From Octopus bimaculoides (taxonomy: Eukaryota): 64,000 nucleotides of DNA. Both the position numbers and the translations under genes were made by a program. The notes below the pieces were generated by a model. That model was not told the DNA's origin and did no database searches. It saw nothing but the letters and a program-made list of their open reading frames with translations. Positions 26,301 to 38,279 of this stretch are shown in pieces; position 1 is the first letter of the stretch, and each line of letters opens with the position of its first letter. The stretch spans positions 15,412,178 to 15,476,177 of the forward strand of contig NC_069004.1 of the NCBI RefSeq assembly GCF_001194135.2, read 5' to 3'.

Positions 26301-29300
26301 TTTTTGATGGCAAGAGTGACAAGGAAGTATTTGTAATTCACTAGAGAACAAATATTACAAGGAACTTCATGTGACAAGCACAGTTTTCTTGTTTTGGTTT
26401 ACTTATTAATATACATTAGCAAAAGATACATGGTGGTGGTGGTGGTGGCAGATGTGGCAATGGTGGTGGGAGTGATGGAAGAGGAGAAGAAATTTTTTAA
26501 AATTTTTTTGCAAATAAATTCTTTTTGAATTTTGTATAATAAATAATAAATAATTTGAATAAATTAGATTATTGCGAATAATTAAAATTTTATTTCACAG
26601 AAGCGAACTGATGATTATTTTTTAACAAGTGGTGACAAGATTCGATTCTTCTATGAAAAAGGAGGAGTAAAAGATGATGGTATGTAAAATTAAATGTCAA
26701 AGGTTTAAATTTATTTATTTGTAACATCACCAGATGGGATGTCTTTTGTTCTATTGTTTAACCTTATGTCTCATGTCTTCTGTTATAATGTCTTATATTT
26801 ATAACATCACTAGAGATTATATCTTGTTATATTGTACCAGATTTGATGTTTTCTATTATAATGTTTTCATTCTATAACAGCGGTTCTCAACTGGGTTGCA
26901 TATGGCCCTGAGGGTCCATATAAAATTTTGGGGAGTCCACACAACAGAATAGTAAATATGAGATCCACAATAGTATTTTAAGGGCTCCTGAAAATTTTTT
27001 CTTTAGATCTATGGATTGGTATGTATTGCAAGAAACAACTAGGTTCAACCTATACAAGTTAATATATGAAAAATGAAATAGGAATTTTGAAAGAAGTTTC
27101 TATAAAACTAATTTTTAGACATCAAATGGCTATGGGGGTCCATCAGAATAAAATAGTAATGAAAGGGGTCCAAAGATAAAAAAATGTAGTAGCTGCAGGC
27201 TGGACAATAACATTAATGAGATCAATGATGAAAAAAAATGGTATTAATGAGGGAAGGCAGACGATGCCTGCCGATCGCTGCTTCTCTAAAGCATTGTTCT
27301 TTTACAAAACACACAATTTGAAGTAATAAACCTTTTACTAATGTTCCATTGGACACAAGATCCTTACAATGAGGCATTAAACCTCTTACCAAAAATAACA
27401 CAATGACCTTACAAATGAGACATTAGGCCTCTTACATTTTCTCTTATAGGCCATATATGCCCTTTCAGTATGAGGCACTCAGCCTGTAGAAAGAGACAAA
27501 TGATAACAGGTGTAAGGAATGTATTTGTATGAAATGTTGGGTATACAATTTACATGTAAGTAATGAAATAAAATTTTTTTAATGTTTTTATTTGGACTGG
27601 GTTGAAACTTATGAATATATTTACAAAAATAACAACATTTTATCAAACTGTTTGTTCTGTTTTTTGTTTCAGGAAAATTAAAAGCAATTCCCCGTTTGTC
27701 AGTCAATAAAATAGGTCATGGTAAGTGACTCTTCCTTATAAATATGTTGGTCAATATTAGATAAGTTAAAAGGCAGAAATGTTAGCACACCGGGCAAAAT
27801 GTTTAGTGGTATTTCGTCTGTCTTTATGTTCTGAGTTCAGATTCTGCCGAGGTCGACTTTGCCTTTCATCCTTCCGGGGTTGATAAATTAAGTACCAGTT
27901 GTGTACTGGGATCAATCGAACCGACTGGCTCCTCTCCAAAAATTTCGGGCCTTGTGCCTAGAGTAGAAAAGAATATCAGATAAGTAAAGATTCCACTGAG
28001 GTTGACTTACCTGTTGAACACTGAGGTTGATGTAATTGACTTATCTCCTACCCCAAAATTGCTGGCCTTGTGCTTCACCTTAACCAAACGTATACACACA
28101 CAGACACACATTCACATAGATATGTATGTGTATTTGTACATGTATGCACATGCCTTCATATCATTGTATATGCATACGTCACATATTTATATATATTCTT
28201 ATTCTTGAATTCATATAACAAATTTTGGCTGTCATTTTCATTGTGTTACTGTGTCTCTCCTTATTTGTAGCTTTACACCTGCTGAATCCTGCTTTTGAGA
28301 AAGTTTCCTTCAGTAAGAAGATTCAGGTAAGTTAACTGTGCTATGTCAAGGGGATAAGTCCAGTTTTAAATGTTCCTTTTGATTTAAAGAACTTTGCTAC
28401 TGCTGGAGTATCTATATGAATATAGAGTTTATCAGATTGAATGACAATGAAATGGGGATCGCATTCATCGTTGTCATTTCTGTTTCTCGATGCTGTGTCA
28501 TCTCATCTGTGAAACTTAAATGCAGATAACTGATTTCATTACTTATTCCCAAATGACTGTCAAACGTCGCCTTAAATCATCTCTATTCCCGCCATCTTGT
28601 AATCTTAACTTTTCCAAACTGCGATTCATAAATTCACCTCAGCATTGGCCAAACCGACAGAGTTAACTACCTTGCAAACAATAGGTGTTGACGCCTTTAA
28701 TGACACCGCCTTTTCTCTTTAATCCTATCCATGTCACTTAATTCATCCTTCAATTCACACTAAAAATCAGTTCTCTCCATAGATCTATATTTGATGCCTA
28801 TTATTCATTGTATCACATTTCTTGATATCCTTTATACAGTGTATCTATTAGATATGCTGTAACCTGAAGCCATTGCATACCTTACAGAAAATCTTATAGA
28901 AAGAGGAATATTTCACTTTTCAACAGCTGCCTGACTTTCTTCTGACTGTTTTAATATTCTGGTCACTATCATTTTACTACTCGCACCTCCAACGGTAATT
29001 ATCTGAATGAAAGAAACTATATATCACATCCAACAAGTCTGTAGGCTTCATTCCAGGACACAGTTCTAATGGACACCTAACTGTACATTAAATTCCTCAC
29101 AGAATTCAATGTCATTTATTGTGCTACTTGTAGCAGACTTGAATCTTTCATTAGCTGGTTACACAACCCTTTCCCTGTGGATGCATTGCAGTTACTCACT
29201 TGGTAATCCTGACTTGATCTAGGATTCCTCCACTCAGCATCAATGTAAGAAGTACCGTTTGCTCAGTTGAGCTCTTCTGCTACCTCTTCACAATCCGCCA

Positions 29301-32300
29301 TGTTGCAGTCCCATGACTTCACTATATCCCTAGCAGGGTGGCTGAATGGCTGCTATGCCTTGCCAAAGGGTAGCCCATAACTATTTAGGGTCCAGTCTTC
29401 ACTTCCTGAGATATTTTCAAATGCCCACATACCCACATCCATATCACTTCACTTAAATTACAGAAGTTTTAATAAAAAGCATGAACACCAAATAATTTCT
29501 GTTTCTATGTGCAGTTAATGACATTGACTTTTACATGCATGAAGAAATCAATTTATTTTCTGGATAATTTTGTTTCGTTTTCTTACAGGACATTGCTCAA
29601 TCACTCGATTACAAAGACCCAGTTATTGTTCAAAGCATGTACATCTTTAAGGTAAACAATCTCTCTCACTTTCTGTCTGTCTGTCTCTCCCTATATAGAT
29701 ATGTGTATGTGTGTATACACACACACACACACACACAAGCAGGGTTTGGACAAAATAATGGAAATGTCATCTTATTTAACTATTTTTACCTTCACCTTAG
29801 CAAAGGTGGAGGTATTGTTTTCAGTCGTGTTTGTTTGTTTGTCCGTGGACAAGATATCTCAAGAACTGCTGGATGGATTCAGATGAAACTTTCAGGGACG
29901 TTTGGATTCATGACGGGCGAAATGCTTAGTGGTATTTCATCTGTCTTTACATTCTGAGTTCAAATTCTGCCGAGGTCAACTTTGCCTTTCATCCTCTCAG
30001 GGTTGATAAATTAAGTACCAGTTACGTACAGGAGTTGATCTAATTGACTGGGCCCCCCCCCTCCCTAAAAATTTCGGGACTTGTGCCTAGAGTACAAAAT
30101 GATATTATTGTGAATGATTATTTCTAATTAGTACCAATGTTAATGAGTGATTAGCTTTATAAAACTTGAGGAGAGGTAGAGTTGTATTGTAAGATTCAGG
30201 GTTTTTTTCCTAAAAGGGCCAGCAATACAAGGAAGATAACTCTGCTCACTAGAACCTCATCTCCTCTTTCTCAAATATAATTCATAGATATACTTCATTT
30301 ATTTCTGGAAATGAACTGATAATTGCTTTTTCTTTTGTAGTAGTAGTTTAATCTGGAAGAAGGATAGGTTGTGTCCATTGTCTGTTTTTTTTTTTTGCAA
30401 GGCTTCTGGTGAAGTTCATGTGGTTGAAAGCTGCAGGAAAACAAAAAAATAAAGCATGTGTAAGGAAGGGATTTCAGAAGATTGGCCTTCTAAGGAGGAG
30501 ATACAGAAAAAAGTGGTTAGTGTGGGGGCAATGGGATGGAGTCCAGAAATATGGGTGAGGAGAGAAGAGGAGTACCTGAGGTAGCACAAGATCAGCCATT
30601 TGTGAGTAGAAAAGAAAGACTAGAGATAACATGTCAATGATGTGAAATATCATTAAATAAATATGATAAATACAACCTTTACTTCAAATTTGTCAGTAAT
30701 TCGTTTTTATGATGTTATATTTCAGCAACCTCATTTTGGTGATGCTGGTAAGTTATATATTTTATTTGATTAAAATCACATTAATCAATTCAGCTAATGT
30801 TATCTTTTCTTCATGTCATTAAATATCAACAGTAACTTCACATGAAAATAGTGTCGCTGAGTAATTATCTACAGTGACTTTTGTTTTTTTGTTTTTAGAT
30901 ATGTTAATAGTCACTGGATATTTCCATCTCCTTCACAGGTCAAAAGCTTTAGAGCTGCCATTATCAACGCCAGCATAATAAAAGGTAGAACAGATAAAGA
31001 TAGATATTGTGGGGGTGGGTTGATGTTTGTTGTGTAACATGGAAGATGTCCTCAGCAAAAACCTTTACAGACAAGGAACAATAGTACAAGGTTGTACAAC
31101 AGCAATGGAGTGGGTGCAGTAGATGTACTATTAACTATTTGTTGTTGTTGGCACTCCGTCGCTTACAACGTCGTGGGTTCCAGTTGATCCGATCAACGGA
31201 ACAGCCTGCTCGTGAAATTAACGTGCAAGTGGCTGAGCACTCCACAGACACGTGTACCCTTAACGTAGTTCTCGGGGATATTCAGCGTGACACAGTGTGA
31301 CAAGGCTGATCCTTTGAATTACAGGCACAACAGAAACAGGAAGTAAGAGTGAGAGAAAGTTATGGTGAAAGAGTACAGCAGGGTTCAACACCATCTCCTG
31401 CTGTAGCCTCGTGGAGCTTTAGGTGTTTTCGCTCAATAAACACTCACAACGCCCGGTCTGGGAATCGAAACCGCGATCCTATGACCACGAGTCCGCTGCC
31501 CTAACCACTGGGCCATTGCGCCTCCGCAACTATTAACTATAAGATGGATACAGTCATTGAAGTAGCCAGAGAGAGGGATAAGATAATCAAGCTTAGGTTA
31601 GCTATTGACACCTTGACAGGAACATTAATCTCAGTGTATGACCACAGCCAGGATTTTGAGCATTTGAGCAGAAGGAGAGCATCTATGAACCCCTTTGTAG
31701 ACTACCTCAATGATCCAATGATAACAAAAACCGAAAGAAAGAAAAGTTATGTTATTGAAAGTTTTTCACTTAATTTAGAAACTTTTGGTGATTTCTTTCT
31801 TCCTTAAAACAGTTTTTTTTTTTAAGACAATAAAATGAGAATTCAATGCTTTCAATTTTATTTGTAGTGAATTCACATCAAGATAGTACATACCTGTATA
31901 CAGAACCAATGAGTCTTTTAGGTTTCTGGTTTCCTTTACAAAATGCCACTCGGGAAAATGGATGTTTGGCATACATACCTGGATCACATAATAGTAAGTA
32001 TTCTAAAATATATTTTCATTAAAATTTTTTTATCCTTTGATCATGTGTTGATTGAAATACATTTCTTTATAGTTTTAAAACTTATAAGCAATTATTATCA
32101 GATTCGTTAGAGTTTATTAATAAGGAAATGTATAACAGGTATATTACTCAATATTTAAGTCAGAGTTTAGTATGGTGAAGACCTCTTACAGTGGCCATGC
32201 TGGAGCACCACCTTGAAGAACTTTTAATCAGATGAATCTATCTCCGTTCTTATTTTTAGCTTACGTTTGGTACTTACTGTATTTTCCTCTTTTTGCTGAA

Positions 32301-35300
32301 CCACTAAGTTATGAGGACTACAACACACCATCACCAGTTGTCAACTGGTGCTGGAAGAAAAACACACACACACACGCGCACACATGATAGGCTTCTTTCA
32401 GTTTCTGTCTACCAAATTCACTCACAAGGCTTTGGCTGGCCTGAAGCTATTGTAGAAAACACCTGCCCAAGGTGCCACATAGTGGGACTGAACCCAAAAC
32501 CATGTAATTGGGAAGCAAGCTTCTTCCTACACAGCCATACCTGCACCTATCAATGTATGTATGAACATACGTATGTACGTAATTTTCGTTGCACTAAAAG
32601 AAATTCCAAGTCATCTTAACCCAAATTGACAACAAGTTATTCAATGTGAAATTTCATCAGTAAAAGTTCAACCAGAAACCTGTTTTCTCTTTATAATCTG
32701 TCTTCAATTAGGTGGCCTTCACAATAACCAAAGGATGATGCTGAACCCTGATATTGAACATGGAACTACAATGGTTGGAACTCGCCCCACTTATGAAGAT
32801 GGTGATTTCAAAGATATTGAAGTAGAAAAAGGTTATTCTGATACATTTTGTCTGCTTTCTTTAATTCAAAGACAACCACTTTAACGAGGTTTTCATTTCT
32901 TACATTTTCCACATCACAACTCAAATTTATAAAAATATTAAAAAAAATAAATAAATAAAATGAAATAAAATAAAACTAGTACTCCTTTAATTACAACAAG
33001 GGTTCCAGCTGATCTGATCAATGGAACAGTCTGCTTGTGAAATTAATGTGCAAGTGGCTGAGCATTCCAGAGACACACATACCCTTGACGTAGTTCTCAG
33101 GGAGATTCAGTCCGACACAGAATGTTACAAGGCTGGCCCTTTGAAATACTGGTTCTACTCATTTTTGCCAGCTGAGTGGACTGGAACAACATGAAATAAA
33201 GTGTCTTACTCAAAGACACAATGTGCTGACAGGAATCGAACTCGCCATCTAGCGATCATGAGTCAAATACCCTAACCACTAAGCCATATGCCTTCACACA
33301 ACTCTGATTTAGAACCAAAGACAAGATAAAGTAACTCTTGTCTTTTTGAAGAACATCAACAACTTAATTAGAATGAATCGATGTAATCAAATTAATTACT
33401 TTTCTGTGAAATAACATTTCTATACAGTCACTTAAATCGCTAGAATAGCAACCAAAGTTGCTCTCGAATAACACTTTATTAGCTTAGGTATGTGTATGTG
33501 GATATTTGGAAAATACCTCATGGAGTGAAGACTGTGCCCTGTATAGTTACAGGTTGCCCTTTGGCAAGGCATACCACCCATTCAGCCACCCTGCCAAGGA
33601 TAGGGCAAAGTCATGGGCCTGCAGCATGGTAGATTGTGAAGAGTTAGCAGAAGATCCCAACTGCGCCAACGGTGCTTTTTACATTGATGCTGAGCAGAGG
33701 AATCCTAGAAGATCAATGGTCAGGATCACCAAGCTCTATCAAGAGAGTAACTGCAATGCATCCACAGGGGTGGCATCTATGGTTGTGTAATCAGCTAATG
33801 AAAGATACACTATGAATCAAGCTCCCAATTCAAATTCATAATGGAACTGAATGGTAATAGAGAGGTATGGGAATCTGCAAAAGCAGCGTAAAATAATATT
33901 AGGTAACAAGGCACATTAGATAATGAAGTCCTAGAGATCTGCATTAGATGTTAGCTTGAGGCTGGAGTGTTTTCAATCACAGTTCTGCTCAGTCAAAGTT
34001 GACCTGTTGTAACACACCTGAGCACTGAATACAATAAGCTCATTACCATAATTAGTAGTAAGGCAGTGAACTAGCAGAATCGTTAGCATGCTGGACGAAA
34101 TGCTTCACAGCATCTCTTTTGGCTTTGTGTTCTGATTTCAAATTCTGCTGTAGTAGACTTAACTTTTCATCCTTTCATAGTCAATATGAACAGTACTAGT
34201 TGAGCATGAAATTGAGTAGCCCTCATCTCACAAAATTTCAGGCCTTGTTCCTATTGAAGAAAGGATTATTATTAAATAACTTGTTTCTAGTTGTTAAAAT
34301 ATTTTGTTCTCTATAATTCTTTAATGTATCTGAGAGTGAGATTATTAGAAAAAATAGTTCTATGTAGTAGCCAGCAGCTGGGGTGTCACAGACTTAACTT
34401 ATTTGGCAACAAGTCACACACATCCACATAGACTGCTGTTCATGTAGTGATTGTCCTTGTATTAACCTGACTAGTATATAGAAGTCTATTCTTTCTTGAT
34501 GAGGTCTACTAAGGCTGAAATATGTTCAGAGTTGTCTCTCTTACTTGCCGAAATCAGATTCAAATTTGTATTATTCTTGGAACTCATTTTGCTTCCCATC
34601 ACTGAATAATTATTATTAATTAATTGGATTTTTTTACCTCACTGCATTAAATGAGACCTTAATTTGACTCATTGGCAACCAATATTCTACTTGTTATATT
34701 ACATATCACATGCAATAACTACCAACTCTAACGTGGATTTCTTTATTTCCTCATTTATTCCAGGTTCGCTTGTTCTTATACATGGACTGGTTGTTCACAG
34801 AAGTGAGAAGAATGTCTCTTCAGACTCTAGACATGCTTACACATTCCATATGTATGACAAAGGCAAAAGTGTATACTGCTCCAAAAACTGGTTTGTATAA
34901 ATTAATAACTAACCTTGTTTATTATTCTTGACTGGTTTTTCTTGTTTTCTTATTATTCTTGTTCTGGCTAGATTTGCAATGTCACCAACAGTGGAACTAA
35001 ACTCTCATTCAACAAATTATGTGATTCAGTTTTGATTGTTCAAGTAAAACAATTCTAGAATACATATATTGCTAAATAACTTGTGAACTGAGCTAAAAGG
35101 GAACCGCTCCATAGTTACTTAACCTGCAACAAATAGCAGCTAAATATCCCTTAAATCACACACCATTGACTTTAACCCTGTCATGCCATATTCCTACTAT
35201 AGTGAGAAAAGGTTAAATGTCATCTCTGCTGGATCCCTGGTAAAGTGGTCATGAACAACACACATAGAAAAAGAAGGTGCAGCCAGTTCTGTCCATTAGT

Positions 35301-35710
35301 TGGCCTGCAATCATTACTCTTGAGTTGTATATGCAGCTATTTATTTTTTTGCTCAGGAGCCCGGGTGGAAAGTAAGGTTAGTCACAAGGGTCCTGATCTG
35401 AGAGGGTTAAGAAAGAATGATACATTAGAATGCTCTTAATCATAGCTCTGCTGTATGAAGGGTGACCAGGCTAAACAACAAGATACTTAAGTAAAGGGTA
35501 AACTCTAATTTCCTATTTTACTACAGTTCTGAAACTTTCACCCAATAATAATCAGATTTATCTGGTACTTATGTTGATTTTCTCAGTATTCTAACTCAGA
35601 TCTTTTCAGCTAGCTAAAACTATTTCTTAAATTCTTTCTGTTTATACAGGTTACAGCCAACTGCTGACTATTCCTTTGCACATCTCTACAGAAAAGATTC
35701 CAGTCATTAA
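23284..35710 (+). CDS. PHYHD1: Phytanoyl-CoA dioxygenase domain-containing protein 1 (2OG/Fe(II) oxygenase), 11 coding exons, 286 aa
   Basis: join(23284-23307,25813-25947,26601-26679,27673-27720,28271-28326,29589-29651,30726-30747,31868-31993,32712-32831,34764-34890,35650-35710) = 861 nt; all introns GT-AG, phases compatible. Motifs [43 protein letters not shown] (HxD), [38 protein letters not shown] match PHYHD1. Confidence 0.95.
25813..25947 (+). CDS. PHYHD1: PHYHD1 coding exon 2
   Basis: ttttcag|[45 protein letters not shown]|gtatgt. Confidence 0.92.
26601..26679 (+). CDS. PHYHD1: PHYHD1 coding exon 3
   Basis: tcacag|[26 protein letters not shown]|gtatgt. Confidence 0.95.
26878..27180. 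mobile_element. hAT-type MITE, right end missing
   Basis: Left TIR CAGCGGTTCTCAAC and GGGGTCC subterminal motifs; no right TIR. Confidence 0.6.
27673..27720 (+). CDS. PHYHD1: PHYHD1 coding exon 4
   Basis: tttcag|(G)[15 protein letters not shown]|gtaagt. Confidence 0.93.
27767..27971 (+). mobile_element. Abundant SINE copy with TSD in a PHYHD1 intron
   Basis: TSD AATATTAGATAAGT (27753-27766) / AATATCAGATAAGT (27972-27985). The family has well over a dozen copies in this window. Confidence 0.85.
28271..28326 (+). CDS. PHYHD1: PHYHD1 coding exon 5
   Basis: ttgtag|(A)[18 protein letters not shown]|gtaagt. Confidence 0.93.
28760..29440 (-). mobile_element. LOA/I-like LINE remnant, possibly including RNase H region
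   Basis: Homologous to 10740-11210; downstream degenerate peptides resemble RNase H segments (LG.YA..FQ.E, I.IY.D). Confidence 0.45.
29589..29651 (+). CDS. PHYHD1: PHYHD1 coding exon 6
   Basis: ttacag|[21 protein letters not shown]|gtaaac. Confidence 0.95.
30726..30747 (+). CDS. PHYHD1: PHYHD1 coding exon 7 (22-nt microexon)
   Basis: tttcag|QPHFGDA(V)|gtaagt; needed to restore phase between exons 6 and 8. Confidence 0.9.
31139..31528 (-). mobile_element. Full-length tRNA-derived SINE with 12-bp TSD
   Basis: TSD ACTATTAACTAT at 31127-31138 and 31529-31540; A/B boxes; (CAA)n tail. Confidence 0.93.
31868..31993 (+). CDS. PHYHD1: PHYHD1 coding exon 8 (HxD iron-binding motif)
   Basis: ttgtag|[41 protein letters not shown]|gtaagt. 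Confidence 0.96.
32712..32831 (+). CDS. PHYHD1: PHYHD1 coding exon 9
   Basis: aattag|[39 protein letters not shown]|gttatt (weak donor, phase fits). Confidence 0.85.
33495..33900 (+). mobile_element. LINE remnant (third copy of the LOA/I-like family)
   Basis: Reverse-orientation homologue of 10740-11210. Confidence 0.55.
34764..34890 (+). CDS. PHYHD1: PHYHD1 coding exon 10 (distal His, 2OG-binding Arg)
   Basis: ttccag|(G)[41 protein letters not shown](W)|gtttgt. Confidence 0.95.
35650..35710 (+). CDS. PHYHD1: PHYHD1 terminal coding exon
   Basis: atacag|[19 protein letters not shown]; AATAAA at 35788-35793. Confidence 0.92.
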
Positions 35711-37640
35711 TTGAAAAAATTACATTTTTCTACGAAATCGTACACTATTATAGTTTTATTTTAAAGAATCTAAACTCATTAAAATTAAATAAATTCGTTA
35801 TGATGTAAAAGTTTAAATTACTACATCTTTCAGTAATTACTATGTGTGAGTTATGAAATCATATAATTCTATAAAACAAATGGTGATTTGTAGACACTGA
35901 GGTGTGTAAGAACTTGACAATAATCTTTTTAAATTAAATTTTTATAAGAAAGGAATCTAACACCACTGCCATACTGATAGAATCTTGAATCTTTGTCACT
36001 ATGGTAAAACAGACGAACTTAAAATGCCATACAAGGATTAATTAAAATTAATCTCTGTGTCATTTGTTGATAGTTTATCCTCTGTTTAGAATTTCATTAA
36101 TTATAAAATGTGATTTCCAAAACAAACTGGTCATTTAATTGTTTGATTTCTATTTTGCCATACTAACTGAGGTTAGATGAATACATTCTGCTGAAGAATT
36201 GTTTTACAGTCGAATACTTTTCCTCTTGCGAAACCTTACCTGTCGGTTAAGGAAGGAACTGTTATACTCCACACATCTTTGAAAGCACTGAGCAAGTAGA
36301 CAATCTGTTGACAGGTAATGACAACAAACATTATCTTTTTGTAGCTCAGTGTTTTTTCATGCAAAGCACAGACTGTAAACATTCACACACACACACACAC
36401 ACATGTATGACAAGCTTCATACAGTTTCTCTCCACCAAATTCTCTCACAAGGCACTGATTAGCCCAAGAGTATAGTAGAAGATCCAAGGTGCTACAGAGT
36501 GGGATTGAACTTGGAATCATGTGGTTGAGAAGTGAACTTCTCAACTATACAGACATCCCTGTGACTGGTATTTGAAGGAAAATATCAAAAGTACTATAAT
36601 TAAATATAATTAAATTTATGAATATTTTATTGTGTAATTATTTTTGTTTGAAAATTAAATTGTTATATTTCTGATATTTGGTGTTTGTTGTTCATTGTTC
36701 GGTCAATAGTAACAAGTGGAAAAATAAAATCTAAAACTAAGACTACTATTTGGTTCCAGACCAATTTAAAGCCAATTTACTTTACTTAATCATTTTTAAA
36801 TACTGCAGTTAAACGTTTTGAAGAGAACAAAATATTTTTCTCTTCTATGAATTGGTAATGTAGGTTGTGAAGGTGACAGACAGTGCCATAGCACAATTGA
36901 TGCAAAGCAGTCAACCTAGATGAGATGCAGTTTGGTTTCAAGCTTAGTAGTGGTACCACAGATTCAATCTTCCAAGTAAATCAACTGCAATAGAATTATC
37001 ATCATCATCATCATCATCATTAGATGTTCACTTTCCATGCCAGCATAGATTGTCCTGCTGTACTACTAACCAACACATTCTCCCCCCCCCCCGTCTCCTA
37101 CATAACCTTTATTGCCACCCAATACATATTCTCCCTTTCATTTCTCTACCCAGCCTAACATCTCTAGAGTGCTCTGCAGCCTTTCTTTCTCTTACTGTTC
37201 CCACCACTCCCCACTACTTCTTTCTTGCACTGTTCTCTTCCCACAGCATTTTTGCCTCTTCAACACCTTCTTATTTCTCCCTCTCTGATTTTTAGGAAAA
37301 TTATGACACATTTCTTCTTCTAAACAATCACCAACAGCTGAATGCCTAAGACAACAAAATTCTAAACAAGATAAATATCCTTTGAACATTAAAATTTATG
37401 ATGAGTAAAGCAGTGAGCTGGCAGAATTGCTAACATGCCAAACATTCTCCTTTACATTCTGAGTTCAAATTCTGCCAAGGTCAACTTTGCCTTTCATCCT
37501 TTCAAAGTCAATAAAAAAAGTACCGATTCAGTTCTGGGGCTGATGTGATTGACTTACGCCTTCCCCTGAAATTTCTGGCCTTGTGCCAAAATTTGAAGCC
37601 AATATTTATGATGGGTGTATATATTAATATATACCCTATA

Positions 37641-38022
37641 TTCTTTTATCATTTTAGTTGTTTCAGTAATTTGACTGCAGCCATGCTGGAGTACAGCCTT
37701 GAAAGGTTTCAGTCAACAAATGAACCCCAGGACTTATTTCTTAACTCTAGTACTTATTCTATCAGTCTCTTTTGGTGAACTGCTAAGTTATGGCTACGTA
37801 AACACACCAACACTAGCTGTCAAGCAGTGATGGGGGGGGACAAACACAGACACAAAGACACACACACATATATATATGACAGGCTTCTTCCAATTTCTGT
37901 CTACCAAATCTACTCACAAGTCTTTGGTCAGCCCAAGGCTATAGTAGAAGACACTTGCCCAAGGTGCCACACAGTGGGACTGAACCTGGAACCATGTGGT
38001 TGGGAAGCAAGCTTCTTACCAT
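37641..38022 (-). mobile_element. CORE-type tRNA SINE
   Basis: GACACTTGCCCAAGGTGCCACACAGTGGGACTGAACC core/head; same family as 54681-55188. Confidence 0.85.
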
Positions 38023-38192
38023 ATGTACAATTCACACAAACACATTAAAGATTTTCTAACTATAAGCCATCATGTTGGCATACATTGTATCTTTATTTTT
38101 CTTTTGTTTTCAAGAACTCATACAAACATTAAAAATTATACAAGAGAAAGGACTAAAACACAAGATTTCTTTCTTACTTTTTTTTTAATTAG

Positions 38193-38279
38193 TTATTTCT
38201 GGTCTCCTAACAAATCTTTTTGTTTTCGTGCCATCATCTCCTCAGCTTCTGTCATCTTCCCTTGCATCTGATGTACCAA
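38193..38279 (-). CDS. MRRF: MRRF terminal coding exon
   Basis: atgcag|LVHQMQGKMTEAEEMMARKQKDLLGDQK*; minus-strand AATAAA at 38097-38092. Confidence 0.9.
   Translation of the reverse strand: MVHQMQGKMTEAEEMMARKQKDLLGDQK

Noticed and set aside
27185-27436. Possible solo LTR (TG...CA with internal AATAAA)
   Set aside because: No matching TSD and an ambiguous right end.
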